DNA of 63,955 nt, counting the filler. It is 4 parts of 4 records of this genome, joined end to end, with 100 filler letters (N's around TTAATTAATTAA, not from the genome) between each part and the next. Parts side by side here need not be neighbours in the genome. Positions count along the whole stretch, not along the records: positions 28,774 to 57,449 come from SRR20825010_4271; 3 more parts are not named here. One strand, written 5' to 3'. Below are positions 32,270 to 42,137 of the stretch, one piece after another. The notes beneath the pieces are model-generated. The model was not told where the DNA came from. It saw only the letters and a list, made by a program, of their open reading frames with translations, and made no database searches. Within the stretch, counting starts at the first letter, position 1; every line of letters begins with the position of its first letter. The position numbers and the translations under genes were made by a program.

Positions 32270-33442
32270 TTATGCCAAACCCTTCACCCATAAAAAAGCA
32301 TACCTAACCGCCAAAAGTAACATGATTGGAAGTAGAGCAATAGAAAATACCTGAAGCTGGAAAACCCAAATAAAGGTTACCCCCATAAGCATAATAAAGA
32401 GTAAGCGAACATATACCCGTGTCCAACCTGGAGCTCTTCTCTTGGCTACATAAAAGGCTACAATGAGATTAGGCGCAAATGCCCAAAGTAGATTTAAGTT
32501 TTTAACCGTGGCGGTATGGTCAGTAGCAAACCAAAGCAGGGCTACTAATACACCCACCAAACCCGTGACGAACAGAATGATGAAATCTAAGTACCTAGCC
32601 CTTGTATTATTAGCGGTATCCTTATAGGTAAAAACCACCACGATAATCATGAGGAAAGAAAAGATCATCCAAGGTGAAATGGTTTCTTGGGGTGTTTCAT
32701 AGTAATCAGATTCGAAAAGCTTGTTTGTTGCCTTAACTGCTGGAACTTCTTCATCACCTCTGGTGATCGTAGCATTGGCATAAGCCTGCATTATATAATC
32801 AGGCAAAAACATGTGCTCTTCTGGTGTGGCATTTACATCAATGACTGACCCTAAGGCAATGTCAATCCCAAAATCCCACCAAGGAAAGTTATAAGTGTTT
32901 TCTTGAATCAGGTCACGAAAAGTCTTTTCTTCTGTCAGGTGATCATTGTTAAATTTGAGTTTGTCACCCAAAACATTGCTCACTACATCGCGCAATTTAG
33001 TAGCACAGTTATCATAGAAGAAATCGTATAAATAATAAGCGTTTTCAGGGATGGCATTGTTCTCTATAAATTCAAATATTTGCTGTTTTTCCGCCTGACT
33101 AAGACTCAAAACTTGTTCGGTTACCCAGCGGTTTTGGGCTTGGTAATTCCCCAAAAAGCGTTTGAAATCCTGAATTGACAGTTTATAATTTAACTTACCC
33201 TGAGCAAACTTTAAATAGAAACCATCTTCGAAAGAATCAAATGTTCCATAATTATAGACCCTATCAAAACTCAGATAAGGGTCTTGAATTCGAATAGCAC
33301 CGTGGCCAAAACTGTCGTACAAATTAGCCCCCGGGCCAATGGTGATAATACTGATTTCGGCTTGGCCAGACAAGGCTGGAAATTGAGCCTTCGCGCTAAA
33401 AACAAAAAGGAGTAAACTGAAAAAAAGTACAAACCGCTTCAT
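32270..33442 (-). CDS. lnb: Lipoprotein N-acyltransferase Lnb family (DUF4105)
   Basis: SFGHGAIR, YNYGTF, YLYDFFYDNCAT, FLPDY, followed by several C-terminal TM helices. Confidence 0.8.
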   Translation of the reverse strand: MKRFVLFFSLLLFVFSAKAQFPALSGQAEISIITIGPGANLYDSFGHGAIRIQDPYLSFDRVYNYGTFDSFEDGFYLKFAQGKLNYKLSIQDFKRFLGNYQAQNRWVTEQVLSLSQAEKQQIFEFIENNAIPENAYYLYDFFYDNCATKLRDVVSNVLGDKLKFNNDHLTEEKTFRDLIQENTYNFPWWDFGIDIALGSVIDVNATPEEHMFLPDYIMQAYANATITRGDEEVPAVKATNKLFESDYYETPQETISPWMIFSFLMIIVVVFTYKDTANNTRARYLDFIILFVTGLVGVLVALLWFATDHTATVKNLNLLWAFAPNLIVAFYVAKRRAPGWTRVYVRLLFIMLMGVTFIWVFQLQVFSIALLPIMLLLAVRYAFLWVKGLA

Positions 33443-33539
33443 TCGTAATATGATTGTGTTGTACGAAGATAAAGAGACTTATTTGATTAAAAACCTTTAA
33501 GGGTTTTGAAAGTGAGCTTTGCCAACCTAATTTGACGCT

Positions 33540-34562
33540 ATGAACAGAAATTTCACAGATGGGATGAATTACGCGTCAAAACTGACGCTCCTTCGATTGT
33601 GGAATATGTTCCAATTGGTGGGAAGTTACTGGCTTTCTAAAATCACGAAAAGGGCAAATCATTCGGGAATGCCAACCAGCATCAGCTTAGAACCTACCAC
33701 TTCTTGCAACTTACGCTGCCCCGAATGCCCCAGTGGAATACGCAGTTTTTCGCGTGATACGGGAATGCTGACAGACGAAATTTTCCAAAAAACCATTGAC
33801 GAACTGGCACCTCGGCTTACCTATCTTATTTTCTACTTTCAAGGTGAACCTTACTTAAACGCCAGCTTTTTAAACCATGTAAAGTATGCTTCGCGAAAGA
33901 AAATCTATACAGCCACCTCGACCAATGCCCATTACCTCCACGATAAAAATGCGAAAGCCACGGTTGAGTCTGGTTTAGATAGACTTATCATTTCCATTGA
34001 TGGCACCACACAAGAAACCTATGAGCAATACCGTATTGGCGGGAAGCTGGAAAAGGTAATTGAAGGCACAAAAAACATTATCCGTTGGAAGAAAGAACTG
34101 AAGAGTAAAACCCCCCATGTCATTTTTCAATATTTGGTGGTAAAGCCAAATCAACATCAGTTAGACGATGTGCAAAAACTAGCCAAAGAGTTGGGTGTGG
34201 ACGAAGTAGCTTTCAAAACGGCTCAGATCTATGATTACGAAAACGGTTCGGAACTGATTCCAACCATAGAAAAATATGCGCGTTACCGCCAAAAAGCGAA
34301 TGGGAAATGGGAGATCAAAAACCGATTGCTCAACCACTGTTGGAAAATGTGGCATTCCTGCGTAATCACTTGGGACGGAAAAGTTGTGCCCTGCTGTTTC
34401 GACAAGGATGCCCATTACCAATTGGGAAGTATGCAAGCCGAAAGTTTTCAGCAAGTTTGGAAAGGAAAGGCATATCAGAGTTTCCGTCAGTCGCTTATTA
34501 AATCCAGAAGTGAAATTGAAATGTGCAAAAACTGTTCTGAAGGAACGAGGGTTTGGGCCTAA
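33540..34562 (+). CDS. Radical SAM protein with SPASM/Twitch domain
   Basis: CNLRCPEC, QGEP; C-terminal CWKMW...GKVVPCCFD...CKNC. Confidence 0.93.
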   Translation: MNRNFTDGMNYASKLTLLRLWNMFQLVGSYWLSKITKRANHSGMPTSISLEPTTSCNLRCPECPSGIRSFSRDTGMLTDEIFQKTIDELAPRLTYLIFYFQGEPYLNASFLNHVKYASRKKIYTATSTNAHYLHDKNAKATVESGLDRLIISIDGTTQETYEQYRIGGKLEKVIEGTKNIIRWKKELKSKTPHVIFQYLVVKPNQHQLDDVQKLAKELGVDEVAFKTAQIYDYENGSELIPTIEKYARYRQKANGKWEIKNRLLNHCWKMWHSCVITWDGKVVPCCFDKDAHYQLGSMQAESFQQVWKGKAYQSFRQSLIKSRSEIEMCKNCSEGTRVWA

Positions 34563-34732
34563 TTCTTTAAGTGATCTGGCATTTTAAACTCTATTTTCTT
34601 CACCTCTTTGGAGATATCACAAGAGCCACAACCTTTCGGACAGCCTTTGTCGGATTTGTATTGATGATAAAAGTGCCTCCCAATAAAGAGTACCGCAATT
34701 AAAAACACTATGCCCACTATTAACTCTTGCAT
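34559..34732 (-). CDS. 57-aa FeoB-associated-type Cys-rich membrane protein (missing from the ORF track)
   Basis: Manual translation MQELIVGIVFLIAVLFIGRHFYHQYKSDKGCPKGCGSCDISKEVKKIEFKMPDHLKN: one TM helix plus GCxxGCxxC; its stop overlaps the radical SAM stop. Confidence 0.8.
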   Translation of the reverse strand: MQELIVGIVFLIAVLFIGRHFYHQYKSDKGCPKGCGSCDISKEVKKIEFKMPDHLKN

Positions 34733-34781
34733 TTTGCTAAACTTTTGAAGGGTTAACCCAAAACTCGCTGGCGAAGTTCGG

Positions 34782-34808
34782 CTTTATTTAGAATTATTCC
34801 AAATAAAG
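34782..34808. promoter_or_regulatory. Near-perfect 27-bp palindrome CTTTATTTAGAATTATTCCAAATAAAG, candidate Fur-family box
   Basis: Dyad symmetry 50 nt upstream of the Cys-rich small gene; the Fur assignment is inferred from context. Confidence 0.55.
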
Positions 34809-34832
34809 TCAGCAGCCATTAGTGTAACCTTT

Positions 34833-34970
34833 AGTTCCTTCGCTGCCACTCAGGATTAAAAGCAGTGTGCAAATAACAAGCGATTAGTTAAAAAACCGAT
34901 ACTCTATACTCTACAAAAGATTAACTTGAGGCTAAACTCTTTGTTTCCTTTCCTGAGGCACGAAGGATCT
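34833..34970. repeat. Degenerate REP-like inverted repeat pair
   Basis: 34833-34855 AGTTCCTTCGCTGCCACTCAGGA is a near reverse complement of 34951-34970 TCCTGAGGCACGAAGGATCT. Confidence 0.5.
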
Positions 34971-34999
34971 AAACTTTCCATAACTAAGGCGAGAAAAGC

Positions 35000-35782
35000 T
35001 TAAAACCAATGCTCCTGAATCAACTCACGCATGGCTGGTTGCACTTCGTTTCCAGCTATAATTTGCCTTCCAAAAATGTAGTTATCTCCTCCTTTGAAAT
35101 CGCTTACCATTCCACCCGCTTCTTTTACAATTAAGGCTCCGGCTGCAACATCCCAAGGTTGCAAATTGTACTCGAAAAAACCTTCAAAACGACCACAAGC
35201 GGTATAGGCTAAATCCACTGCCGCACTGCCCATTCTCCGCAAACCATGGGTAGACTTCATGAATTCGTCAAGGATAACCAAGTACTGAGACATCTGCTCA
35301 AAGTTGTAATATGGAAAACCCGTGGCCAATAACGATTTGTCCAAAGTTTTAACAGGCGAAACCGTAATAGGGAAGTGGTTCAAAAATGCGCCTTGCCCTT
35401 TTACAGCATGGAAACATTCATCACGATTAATTTCATAAACTACACCCAAAGTCAATTCGTTTCGCTTCATTAAAGCAATCGACACTGCAAAAACTGGAAT
35501 ACCGTGTGCAAAGTTGGTGGTGCCGTCCAGTGGATCAACAATCCAATTGTAGGTATCCGATTTTTTAGTGGAGGTGCCTTCTTCGGCTATAAAGCCAGAG
35601 CCTGGAAGAATCTTGCTCAAGCCAGCAACAATTCGCTTTTCAGCTTCTTTGTCTACATAAGAAACAAGGTCGTTCTTCCCTTTGTATTCGATTTTCGAAT
35701 GATCAAATTTTCTGGATTCTTGCCGAATGAATTCCCCGGTTTCTTTGGCAAGCACGATGACATCTTGAAGTAGTTGCTGCAT
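35000..35782 (-). CDS. suhB: Inositol monophosphatase family protein
   Basis: DLVSYVD, IAEE, WIVDPLDGTTNFAHG, RRMGSAA, PWDVAAG; start set at MQQLL. Confidence 0.92.
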   Translation of the reverse strand: MQQLLQDVIVLAKETGEFIRQESRKFDHSKIEYKGKNDLVSYVDKEAEKRIVAGLSKILPGSGFIAEEGTSTKKSDTYNWIVDPLDGTTNFAHGIPVFAVSIALMKRNELTLGVVYEINRDECFHAVKGQGAFLNHFPITVSPVKTLDKSLLATGFPYYNFEQMSQYLVILDEFMKSTHGLRRMGSAAVDLAYTACGRFEGFFEYNLQPWDVAAGALIVKEAGGMVSDFKGGDNYIFGRQIIAGNEVQPAMRELIQEHWF

Positions 35783-35876
35783 GGTCTGTTTTCTTAACCC
35801 TGTAAATATAGGAGTTTCAAAACGCAGACTTAATCTAATTCTCGAAGTCTTGATACAAAAACCAGAAGTTGAGGGA

Positions 35877-36668
35877 TTAATTCCAAACTGTCGTTTGTAG
35901 CCAAGTGATGGCATCCTTTACATAAGGTACGTAGTTGCACGGCTCGTAATGCCCAAGCCCAGTTGCCTCTACAAAGGTAATATCGCTCCCTGCGGAAATA
36001 GATCCGTCCACCCATGCTTTAGTGGTTTCTATTGGGAATAACTGATCGTCTGAGCCATGTATTACATAAAGCGGAACATTGATTTTCCGAAAAGAACCAT
36101 CTTGATTCTGCATGCTGTATGAACTTGCCATCGCAATACCGGCAGAGAATAATTGAGGAGCATTTTCCGTAAAAAGCCAAGTCGCATTTCCTCCGTTGCT
36201 ATAGCCCATGGCCACCACTTTATTTGGGTCTACAGATAGGTAACCTTTGGCCAAACTAATCAAGCCCTGAATCTGAATTTGATTGTTTTGGTCATACCAT
36301 TGCTCTTGCCCTGCATTGGGGATTAGCATAAATGCTTTAAGGCCTTCCAATCCTTCTTCTAAATAGCAATCGTATGAAGTTTGATGTGCATTGGCAGCGC
36401 CACCAGACTCACCATGCATATCTATAAATAATGGCGCAGTTTCGCCTGTCTCCAATTCTGGAACCACCAATCTAAATGTCCAGAAAACATTAGTTGCTAC
36501 TTCAATTGAGTGATCATTTACCCCTGGAGAAAAATCGAGTTCACTAAAAGACTGTTGCACCTCTTCCCAAGTAATTGGGGCTGGGCCATCATCTCCTCCG
36601 CCTCCACAGCTCATAGCGAATATTGAAAAAAAGAGAACTGCTATTAACGACCTGTACGTGAGTTTCAT
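35877..36668 (-). CDS. Alpha/beta-hydrolase (esterase/peptidase-like) lipoprotein
   Basis: Lipobox AMSC; MHG, nucleophile elbow GYSNGG, IHGSDD, GLGH. Confidence 0.85.
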   Translation of the reverse strand: MKLTYRSLIAVLFFSIFAMSCGGGGDDGPAPITWEEVQQSFSELDFSPGVNDHSIEVATNVFWTFRLVVPELETGETAPLFIDMHGESGGAANAHQTSYDCYLEEGLEGLKAFMLIPNAGQEQWYDQNNQIQIQGLISLAKGYLSVDPNKVVAMGYSNGGNATWLFTENAPQLFSAGIAMASSYSMQNQDGSFRKINVPLYVIHGSDDQLFPIETTKAWVDGSISAGSDITFVEATGLGHYEPCNYVPYVKDAITWLQTTVWN

Positions 36669-36987
36669 AACCTTGAAAATTCGATTTGAAAAATGACCTT
36701 TCATTGATTAAATATAGCGTTTTAAATCTATGAAGATTGACGGAATAAAAATAACCTAAGCTAGACATTCCCTTAAGCACAGCAATTATAAGATAAAGAA
36801 GGACTTAAAAGGCCACCTTATTTAGTGGTGGATTTTGACATTGGATTTCCTGATTCTTGCCCAGTCAACTCTCCAACCTCGTTGGTAAGTAAAATGACAC
36901 ATTGAAGTAATTACTGTTTTGAATTATATGAATGGAACATATATGGGGGATTATAAATGAGTAATTTCAAGAATACATTCAAAAGCC

Positions 36988-37755
36988 ATGAAGTACATTC
37001 TCAGTTTTCTCGTATTCTCAATACTTTGCTCATGTCAACCGAAGGAGTTGCCCAAAAACGAGGTGATTATTATGGGGATGATCCATGGTGAACACCGCAC
37101 CAACCCGAACTATAACATAGAAGTAGTTAAACAACTCATTCGTGAGATTGACCCGGACTTTATTCTAACAGAATTGCCCCCAGATCGATACCCTATAGCG
37201 CGTAAAGAGTTCGATGAACTAGACACCATTATGGAATCGAGGGTACGTGTTTTTCCTGAGTATGTGGATGCTGTTTTTCCTTTGACCCGAGAAATGGATT
37301 TCGAAATTATTCCTACTGCAGGATGGACCAAACCCATGAATGACTTTAGAAATAAAAGGCTACGCGAAATTCAGGCCGATACTGCTTGGACTGAGCGTTG
37401 GGCTGAATACCAAGCAGCTGGCAGAAAATCCAGCGAAGCATTGAAGGTCGCGGGCGACTCAAACGATCCCTATTTCATCAATTCTGATGCATATGATGCG
37501 GCCAATGAAATTCGGTACGAGGCCTATAATCGTATTCTCAATGATGAACTGCTCTTGGGCGGTTGGGACAACATTAACATAGCTCACTACTGGAACATTG
37601 AGAAAACACTGAATGAGCACAAAAATGAGGGGAAACGAATTTTAATAACTTACGGTGCAGGCCACAAAGGTTGGTTTTTACGTGAACTTCGCAAACGTGA
37701 TGATATTAAAATTTTAGAGATGAAGCCTTATCTAGACAAGGTGTTAAAAGATTAA
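36988..37755 (+). CDS. Lipoprotein of the TIKI/TraB/ChaN-like superfamily
   Basis: Lipobox LCSC; GMIHGEH, PDFILTELP, ILITYGAGHK. Confidence 0.65.
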   Translation: MKYILSFLVFSILCSCQPKELPKNEVIIMGMIHGEHRTNPNYNIEVVKQLIREIDPDFILTELPPDRYPIARKEFDELDTIMESRVRVFPEYVDAVFPLTREMDFEIIPTAGWTKPMNDFRNKRLREIQADTAWTERWAEYQAAGRKSSEALKVAGDSNDPYFINSDAYDAANEIRYEAYNRILNDELLLGGWDNINIAHYWNIEKTLNEHKNEGKRILITYGAGHKGWFLRELRKRDDIKILEMKPYLDKVLKD

Positions 37756-37867
37756 ACCATGGACAGGAGATCTAACTTTTGGGGGCTAGACGAATGGTCT
37801 GACGAAAAAGAAGCCACATGAAATAAGGAGCAAAAATGTGCTCGGTAAATACTGAAGGAATTGCGGG

Positions 37868-38560
37868 TTAGGCAAAGCAAGCAAGTGACTCACTGAGCAA
37901 ATACTTTATAGAATCCAGCTCCTTATTAAAGAAAAACTTTTGGTTGACTTCGATTTCGATGCCTGAGTAACTTTTTACTCCGAATTTCCTGCGTAAAGTG
38001 GTGGTAAAACCATCGTCTGTGCCTTTATAAGGCTCGTTGAGATCGATGGTAAGCAAGGGCGCTAACCCCCGAAGTTTCTCGGTCAATTCCAGCGCAATCT
38101 TGTTTTCCAACCTTCTTTTGGGGTCGAAGAGAATACCGATATCGGTAGGGCGTTTTTTGCCTTCCCAAACAGGCGTAAACGAGTGTATGGAAAAATGAGC
38201 TACTTCCTTTTTGTCCTCTGTTTCTCTTTTAATCCAATCGGTTACTGCATTTCGGTAAGGGCGATAGTATTTATTCAGCAGAAACTGCTTTACCGAAGGT
38301 TCAAGCTCAATGGTAAATTCACTGAAGAGATGAGGATGATTTAAAGACCGGTTCACCTCTACCAAAAGCCGTGAAGTTGGGTGCATAAAAACTGGAACTG
38401 CCAATTCAACCCCAAGATAACTGGCAAGAATAGCAGCACCAGGGTCCCAACCCCGGTGCGACTCCAACGCCTCTTTCCCTCTTTTAAATAAGTATTTATA
38501 ACTCTCAGGCAATTCGTTACCCGCATGTTCGCAGGTAATTAAAATGCTCCTTCCAGACAT
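37868..38560 (-). CDS. N-formylglutamate amidohydrolase family protein
   Basis: LITCEHAGN, HRGWDPGA, SRLLVEVNRS, SIHSFTP, NEPY, IEIEVNQ. Confidence 0.9.
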   Translation of the reverse strand: MSGRSILITCEHAGNELPESYKYLFKRGKEALESHRGWDPGAAILASYLGVELAVPVFMHPTSRLLVEVNRSLNHPHLFSEFTIELEPSVKQFLLNKYYRPYRNAVTDWIKRETEDKKEVAHFSIHSFTPVWEGKKRPTDIGILFDPKRRLENKIALELTEKLRGLAPLLTIDLNEPYKGTDDGFTTTLRRKFGVKSYSGIEIEVNQKFFFNKELDSIKYLLSESLACFA

Positions 38561-39804
38561 GGATCAAACATTTGGTTGTTTTCCAAACAGTCAGTCAATT
38601 CACGATACACCATTTTAAGGTTGCTGTGCTCGTAGTTGTCGTTAGTGCTGGCCAAAATCCTACTGGCCAAAGTACCCTGGTCCAAAATTTTATGAATTTG
38701 CTCGTACCAAGGCTCTAACCTTTCAGGATACATCACGTGCAGATTGATCAGCATTTTTCTCCAAAAATCACCCGCGGTTACTTCCTCATAAGGATTAAAA
38801 CCAAAAGCCTTTAAGTATTCCTTGTCGTTAATTATTGTGTGTTCACCATGCCTAATTACTCCTTTGAAAATGGCTTGTAAATCGGTGGTTTTAAACTCAT
38901 GCTGTGCTTCGGTAGTCATGATTTTCTCTTCCGTTAGCATTTGCAAAAAGGCAATCACCAGATTGGCAATGGCTAAATCCGCAGAAGGGCATTCCTGAAT
39001 ATCAATGATTCTGATTTCAATGGCACCACGATCGAAACGAGCAATGGCACCACGAGAATTCAACCAAATTGGGTCTAAAATTCCATCCGGATCATGCGGA
39101 GCAATGTCTTGTTCTATTTGGCTGTAAATGTACTTTCTATAGGTTCTTTTAGAGAAAATAGCCTCTGGAATTACCTTGCCCGTAAGGGAAGGAATGATCT
39201 TTTGGTTATTCTGATAATAGTCTAAACGCTTATCCAGAAAGTTGGTAAACTTACCACCAATAATAGGCGAACTGGCCGACAAAGCGGGTAACAATGGCAA
39301 GATCAACCGAATAGCACCATGCAGTTTAGAGAACTCCTCATCGTCATAAAATGGCAAGTTGATGTGCGTGCTTTGCAAGTTGCTCCAGCCGTGACCTTTG
39401 CAGTTAAAGATTCTGTCATAAGCGGCATAAATTTCTCCGCTGTCATGCGTCCAACGGAAAGATTCCGTTTCAGGATCTATCCACGGATGCGCAGCCGTTG
39501 GCATTAAACGCGCATGGAAAGTGCTCAAGAGCTCGTTCATTTGCTCAATGGCTTCTTGAAAGTCCACACCCAATTGCACCAAATCTTTGGTCGGGTAAGA
39601 ACATTTAAGTTCAAGCACGTGTAAAGCCAGCTCGTTGGACCAAGTTACTGGCCCCATATTTATTTCTCCGGTGTATTCTCCGGTCAAAGATTTGAACACC
39701 TCGTCTGCGATTGGCTTCACATTGAGGGTTTCTATATCCACAATCATGTATTCCAGCTCTATTCCAAATGCTTCGAACAGATGCAGGCGGTTGGTATTGC
39801 TCAT
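38539..39804 (-). CDS. Glutamate--cysteine ligase family 2 (GCS2) carboxylate-amine ligase
   Basis: FGIELEYMIVD, SNELALHVLELK, AAHPW, QSTHINLP, LSASSP, AIEIRIID. Confidence 0.9.
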   Translation of the reverse strand: MSNTNRLHLFEAFGIELEYMIVDIETLNVKPIADEVFKSLTGEYTGEINMGPVTWSNELALHVLELKCSYPTKDLVQLGVDFQEAIEQMNELLSTFHARLMPTAAHPWIDPETESFRWTHDSGEIYAAYDRIFNCKGHGWSNLQSTHINLPFYDDEEFSKLHGAIRLILPLLPALSASSPIIGGKFTNFLDKRLDYYQNNQKIIPSLTGKVIPEAIFSKRTYRKYIYSQIEQDIAPHDPDGILDPIWLNSRGAIARFDRGAIEIRIIDIQECPSADLAIANLVIAFLQMLTEEKIMTTEAQHEFKTTDLQAIFKGVIRHGEHTIINDKEYLKAFGFNPYEEVTAGDFWRKMLINLHVMYPERLEPWYEQIHKILDQGTLASRILASTNDNYEHSNLKMVYRELTDCLENNQMFDPCLEGAF

Positions 39805-39809
39805 TTTTC

Positions 39810-41258
39810 TTATTTCATTTTTATGCGCTCCAGCATAATTTCCATGATGCGTTCGTAGAGCTTGTTCTTAATAATCTTGTCTTCCACACCCGAATCAATA
39901 TTCGGGTTGTCGTTCACTTCTATGACATAGAATTTGCCATTCACTTCTTTGATATCCACTCCGTAAAGTCCGTTACCAATCAATTTTGTAGCTTTTAATG
40001 CGGTTTGCAATAAACCTACAGGAGCTTGTTCTACCGCTAAAGTGTCGGCATTTCCTAGTACCTGCTTGTCGCCTTCTTTCCAGTTTACAATTTGCCAATG
40101 GTCGCGCGCCATGTAATAGCGGCAGACATAAAGCGGTTCGTTGTTGATAATTCCTACTCGCCAATCGAAAGGTGTTGGCATAAACTCTTGCGCTATCAAC
40201 AAGTCCGAACCCTTAAAAAAGCCTTTCAAAAGTGCTTTCAGTTCTTCTTCGTTTTTTACCTTTTTCACACCTCTAGAAAACGCTCCATCGGGTTCTTTTA
40301 AAATGAAGGGGAATTCCAGCTTCTCAGTGTCAGGAGTAGCCTTGTCTTTTGAAATGATGGTTGATTTAGGAACTGGGATTTTGTTGCTCGTCATCAGTTC
40401 ATTCAAATACACTTTGTTGGTACATCTCAAAATCGACATTGGGTCATCAAAAACCACCAAGCCTTCAGCCTCGGCTTTTTTCGCAAATCGGAAAGTATGG
40501 TTGTTTACGTTTGTGGTTTCCCTTATGAAAAGCGCATCGAACTGAGTAAGCCTGGCGTAATCGTTTTTGGTAATTATCTCCGTATTGAAACCCGTTTTTT
40601 CCGCAGCTTTTACAAACTTCTGTAATGCTTTAGCGTCAGATGGTGGGTTGTCATCCTCTGGGTTAATCAAAATAGCCAAGTCGAATTTTCTTCTTGGATT
40701 ACTCGTTCTCACCACCATTTTTTTGGTCAGGAAAAGACCCAATTGCTCACTTAAAGTGCTGCGTTCTTCTTCGGTTAAATCATGAATGTTCAGGGGCTTT
40801 AATTGTTCCAAAGCCCACTTTTCTTTCTTCACAAAAACCACTTTTAAAATTGGTGTTTGAAAAAGGTTGAAAAGTAACAACCCCAGTTTAGTGGTGTGAG
40901 CGCTGCCCGTAAAACCAAAATATATTCTCAGTTCAACTTTAGATTCTGTACTCCCCTTAAAGGTTTTCTGAATCACTTCATCAAAATCTTGCGCATCGTC
41001 CTTGATCATGGCCGGGTAACGGAAGTCTTGAATCGTGGAAGCTTCTGGCAATACTTTATGGCCCCTGGCTTCCGCCAAAAGCGATACATAGTATCCCGTG
41101 CTTTGGTACTGATAAGATTTGCAGAGGTTAATCACTTTAACCTTGTTCAGGTGTCTTAATCCTTCGTTTGCAAAGTATTCTCTGGCGGAAATAACCTCTA
41201 CGCCAGGAATATCAAAATTCCATTTCTTTGGGTTCTCTGTAACTATTAGTTTCGACAT
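39810..41258 (-). CDS. RimK-like ATP-grasp peptide ligase with N-terminal RLAN domain
   Basis: RLAN-like VINLCKSYQYQSTGYYVSLLAEARGH; DALFIRETT, ILKEPDGAFSRGV, QEFM, YGVDIK, IEVNDNPNID. Confidence 0.92.
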   Translation of the reverse strand: MSKLIVTENPKKWNFDIPGVEVISAREYFANEGLRHLNKVKVINLCKSYQYQSTGYYVSLLAEARGHKVLPEASTIQDFRYPAMIKDDAQDFDEVIQKTFKGSTESKVELRIYFGFTGSAHTTKLGLLLFNLFQTPILKVVFVKKEKWALEQLKPLNIHDLTEEERSTLSEQLGLFLTKKMVVRTSNPRRKFDLAILINPEDDNPPSDAKALQKFVKAAEKTGFNTEIITKNDYARLTQFDALFIRETTNVNNHTFRFAKKAEAEGLVVFDDPMSILRCTNKVYLNELMTSNKIPVPKSTIISKDKATPDTEKLEFPFILKEPDGAFSRGVKKVKNEEELKALLKGFFKGSDLLIAQEFMPTPFDWRVGIINNEPLYVCRYYMARDHWQIVNWKEGDKQVLGNADTLAVEQAPVGLLQTALKATKLIGNGLYGVDIKEVNGKFYVIEVNDNPNIDSGVEDKIIKNKLYERIMEIMLERIKMK

Positions 41259-41989
41259 TACTGGTTTTTAGCTCTTGGTTCAATAATTAATAAATTGGCA
41301 TCGTAGGTTACAATGCCCAACATAATCGCATTGATCAGGCGGTTGATGTCCACTTTGTAGTGTTGCTCACCGTTGTTCATTGGATTGTTCTTCAATGGGT
41401 CGGCAATTGATACCATTCCCGTTGCTTCAGAATAGCCATTCAATACCACGAAGTGACCAACAGGCAAGCCTCTTAAATCGTCATATTCGGTTACCGTTTC
41501 GCCAACTTCACGTTTACTGCCATACAAATAAGTGGCGCTCAAACCTGTTAAAATTGGTTGCTTTGCGAAGAGAAATTTCTTGATCAAATCGGGGCTTAAA
41601 TCTTGAAATTTGATTTCTCCACCCCGATTCAGAAACTTCATATAAGCCACCGATGCAAATTGAATTCTGCGCTGTGGTTTGTACTTTTTCTGCTCTGCTA
41701 ACTTCTGAAGTAAATCAGGTGCGTCTGCATCAAACCATGACGGATCAAATAGGTTGAGATTATAAGTATAAAGTGTGGCTTTGTAACCGCGTTTTAAGGA
41801 ATGGTTACCTAAATTTACTGCCAATGTGCCTCCGCTTTTTTGCTCTTTTACTCCGCCTATAACATCGGTTAAGGAGATGTAATCGTCATAGTATTGATAT
41901 ACCGCTTGCAAGCAAGTGGGACCACAAGTGGAGTCCGTTGGTTGCGGGAGCATATCAATACCAAACCATGCTTTATCTAAAACGATCAT
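41258..41989 (-). CDS. C39-like cysteine peptidase
   Basis: QPTDSTCGPTCL (Q...C), GHFVVLNGY (H), IADP (D); TAATG overlap with the ligase start. Confidence 0.85.
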   Translation of the reverse strand: MIVLDKAWFGIDMLPQPTDSTCGPTCLQAVYQYYDDYISLTDVIGGVKEQKSGGTLAVNLGNHSLKRGYKATLYTYNLNLFDPSWFDADAPDLLQKLAEQKKYKPQRRIQFASVAYMKFLNRGGEIKFQDLSPDLIKKFLFAKQPILTGLSATYLYGSKREVGETVTEYDDLRGLPVGHFVVLNGYSEATGMVSIADPLKNNPMNNGEQHYKVDINRLINAIMLGIVTYDANLLIIEPRAKNQ

Positions 41990-42137
41990 GTATTTTTCTA
42001 CCTTTAATATTCCTTTGACGAAGGCTTAACCAAAAGTCACTTTAGGGATGGAATTTATGAAGTAGAAGCTCTGTTGTAGGAATCAAATAGACATAATCTC
42101 AACAACCTTTTAGCCGCTTTTTTCAAGTTAGAACGAT

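Noticed and set aside
33540-34732. Radical SAM/SPASM enzyme plus adjacent Cys-rich peptide as a ranthipeptide or sactipeptide RiPP
   Set aside because: The genes are convergent, the peptide starts with a TM helix rather than a leader, no RRE or transporter is present, and it fits the FeoB-associated Cys-rich type better.
38539-39804. Calling the GCS2 gene gshA and the ATP-grasp gene gshB or rimK
   Set aside because: The ATP-grasp protein has an RLAN domain and is much longer than GshB or RimK, and the operon context differs; substrates cannot be assigned from sequence.
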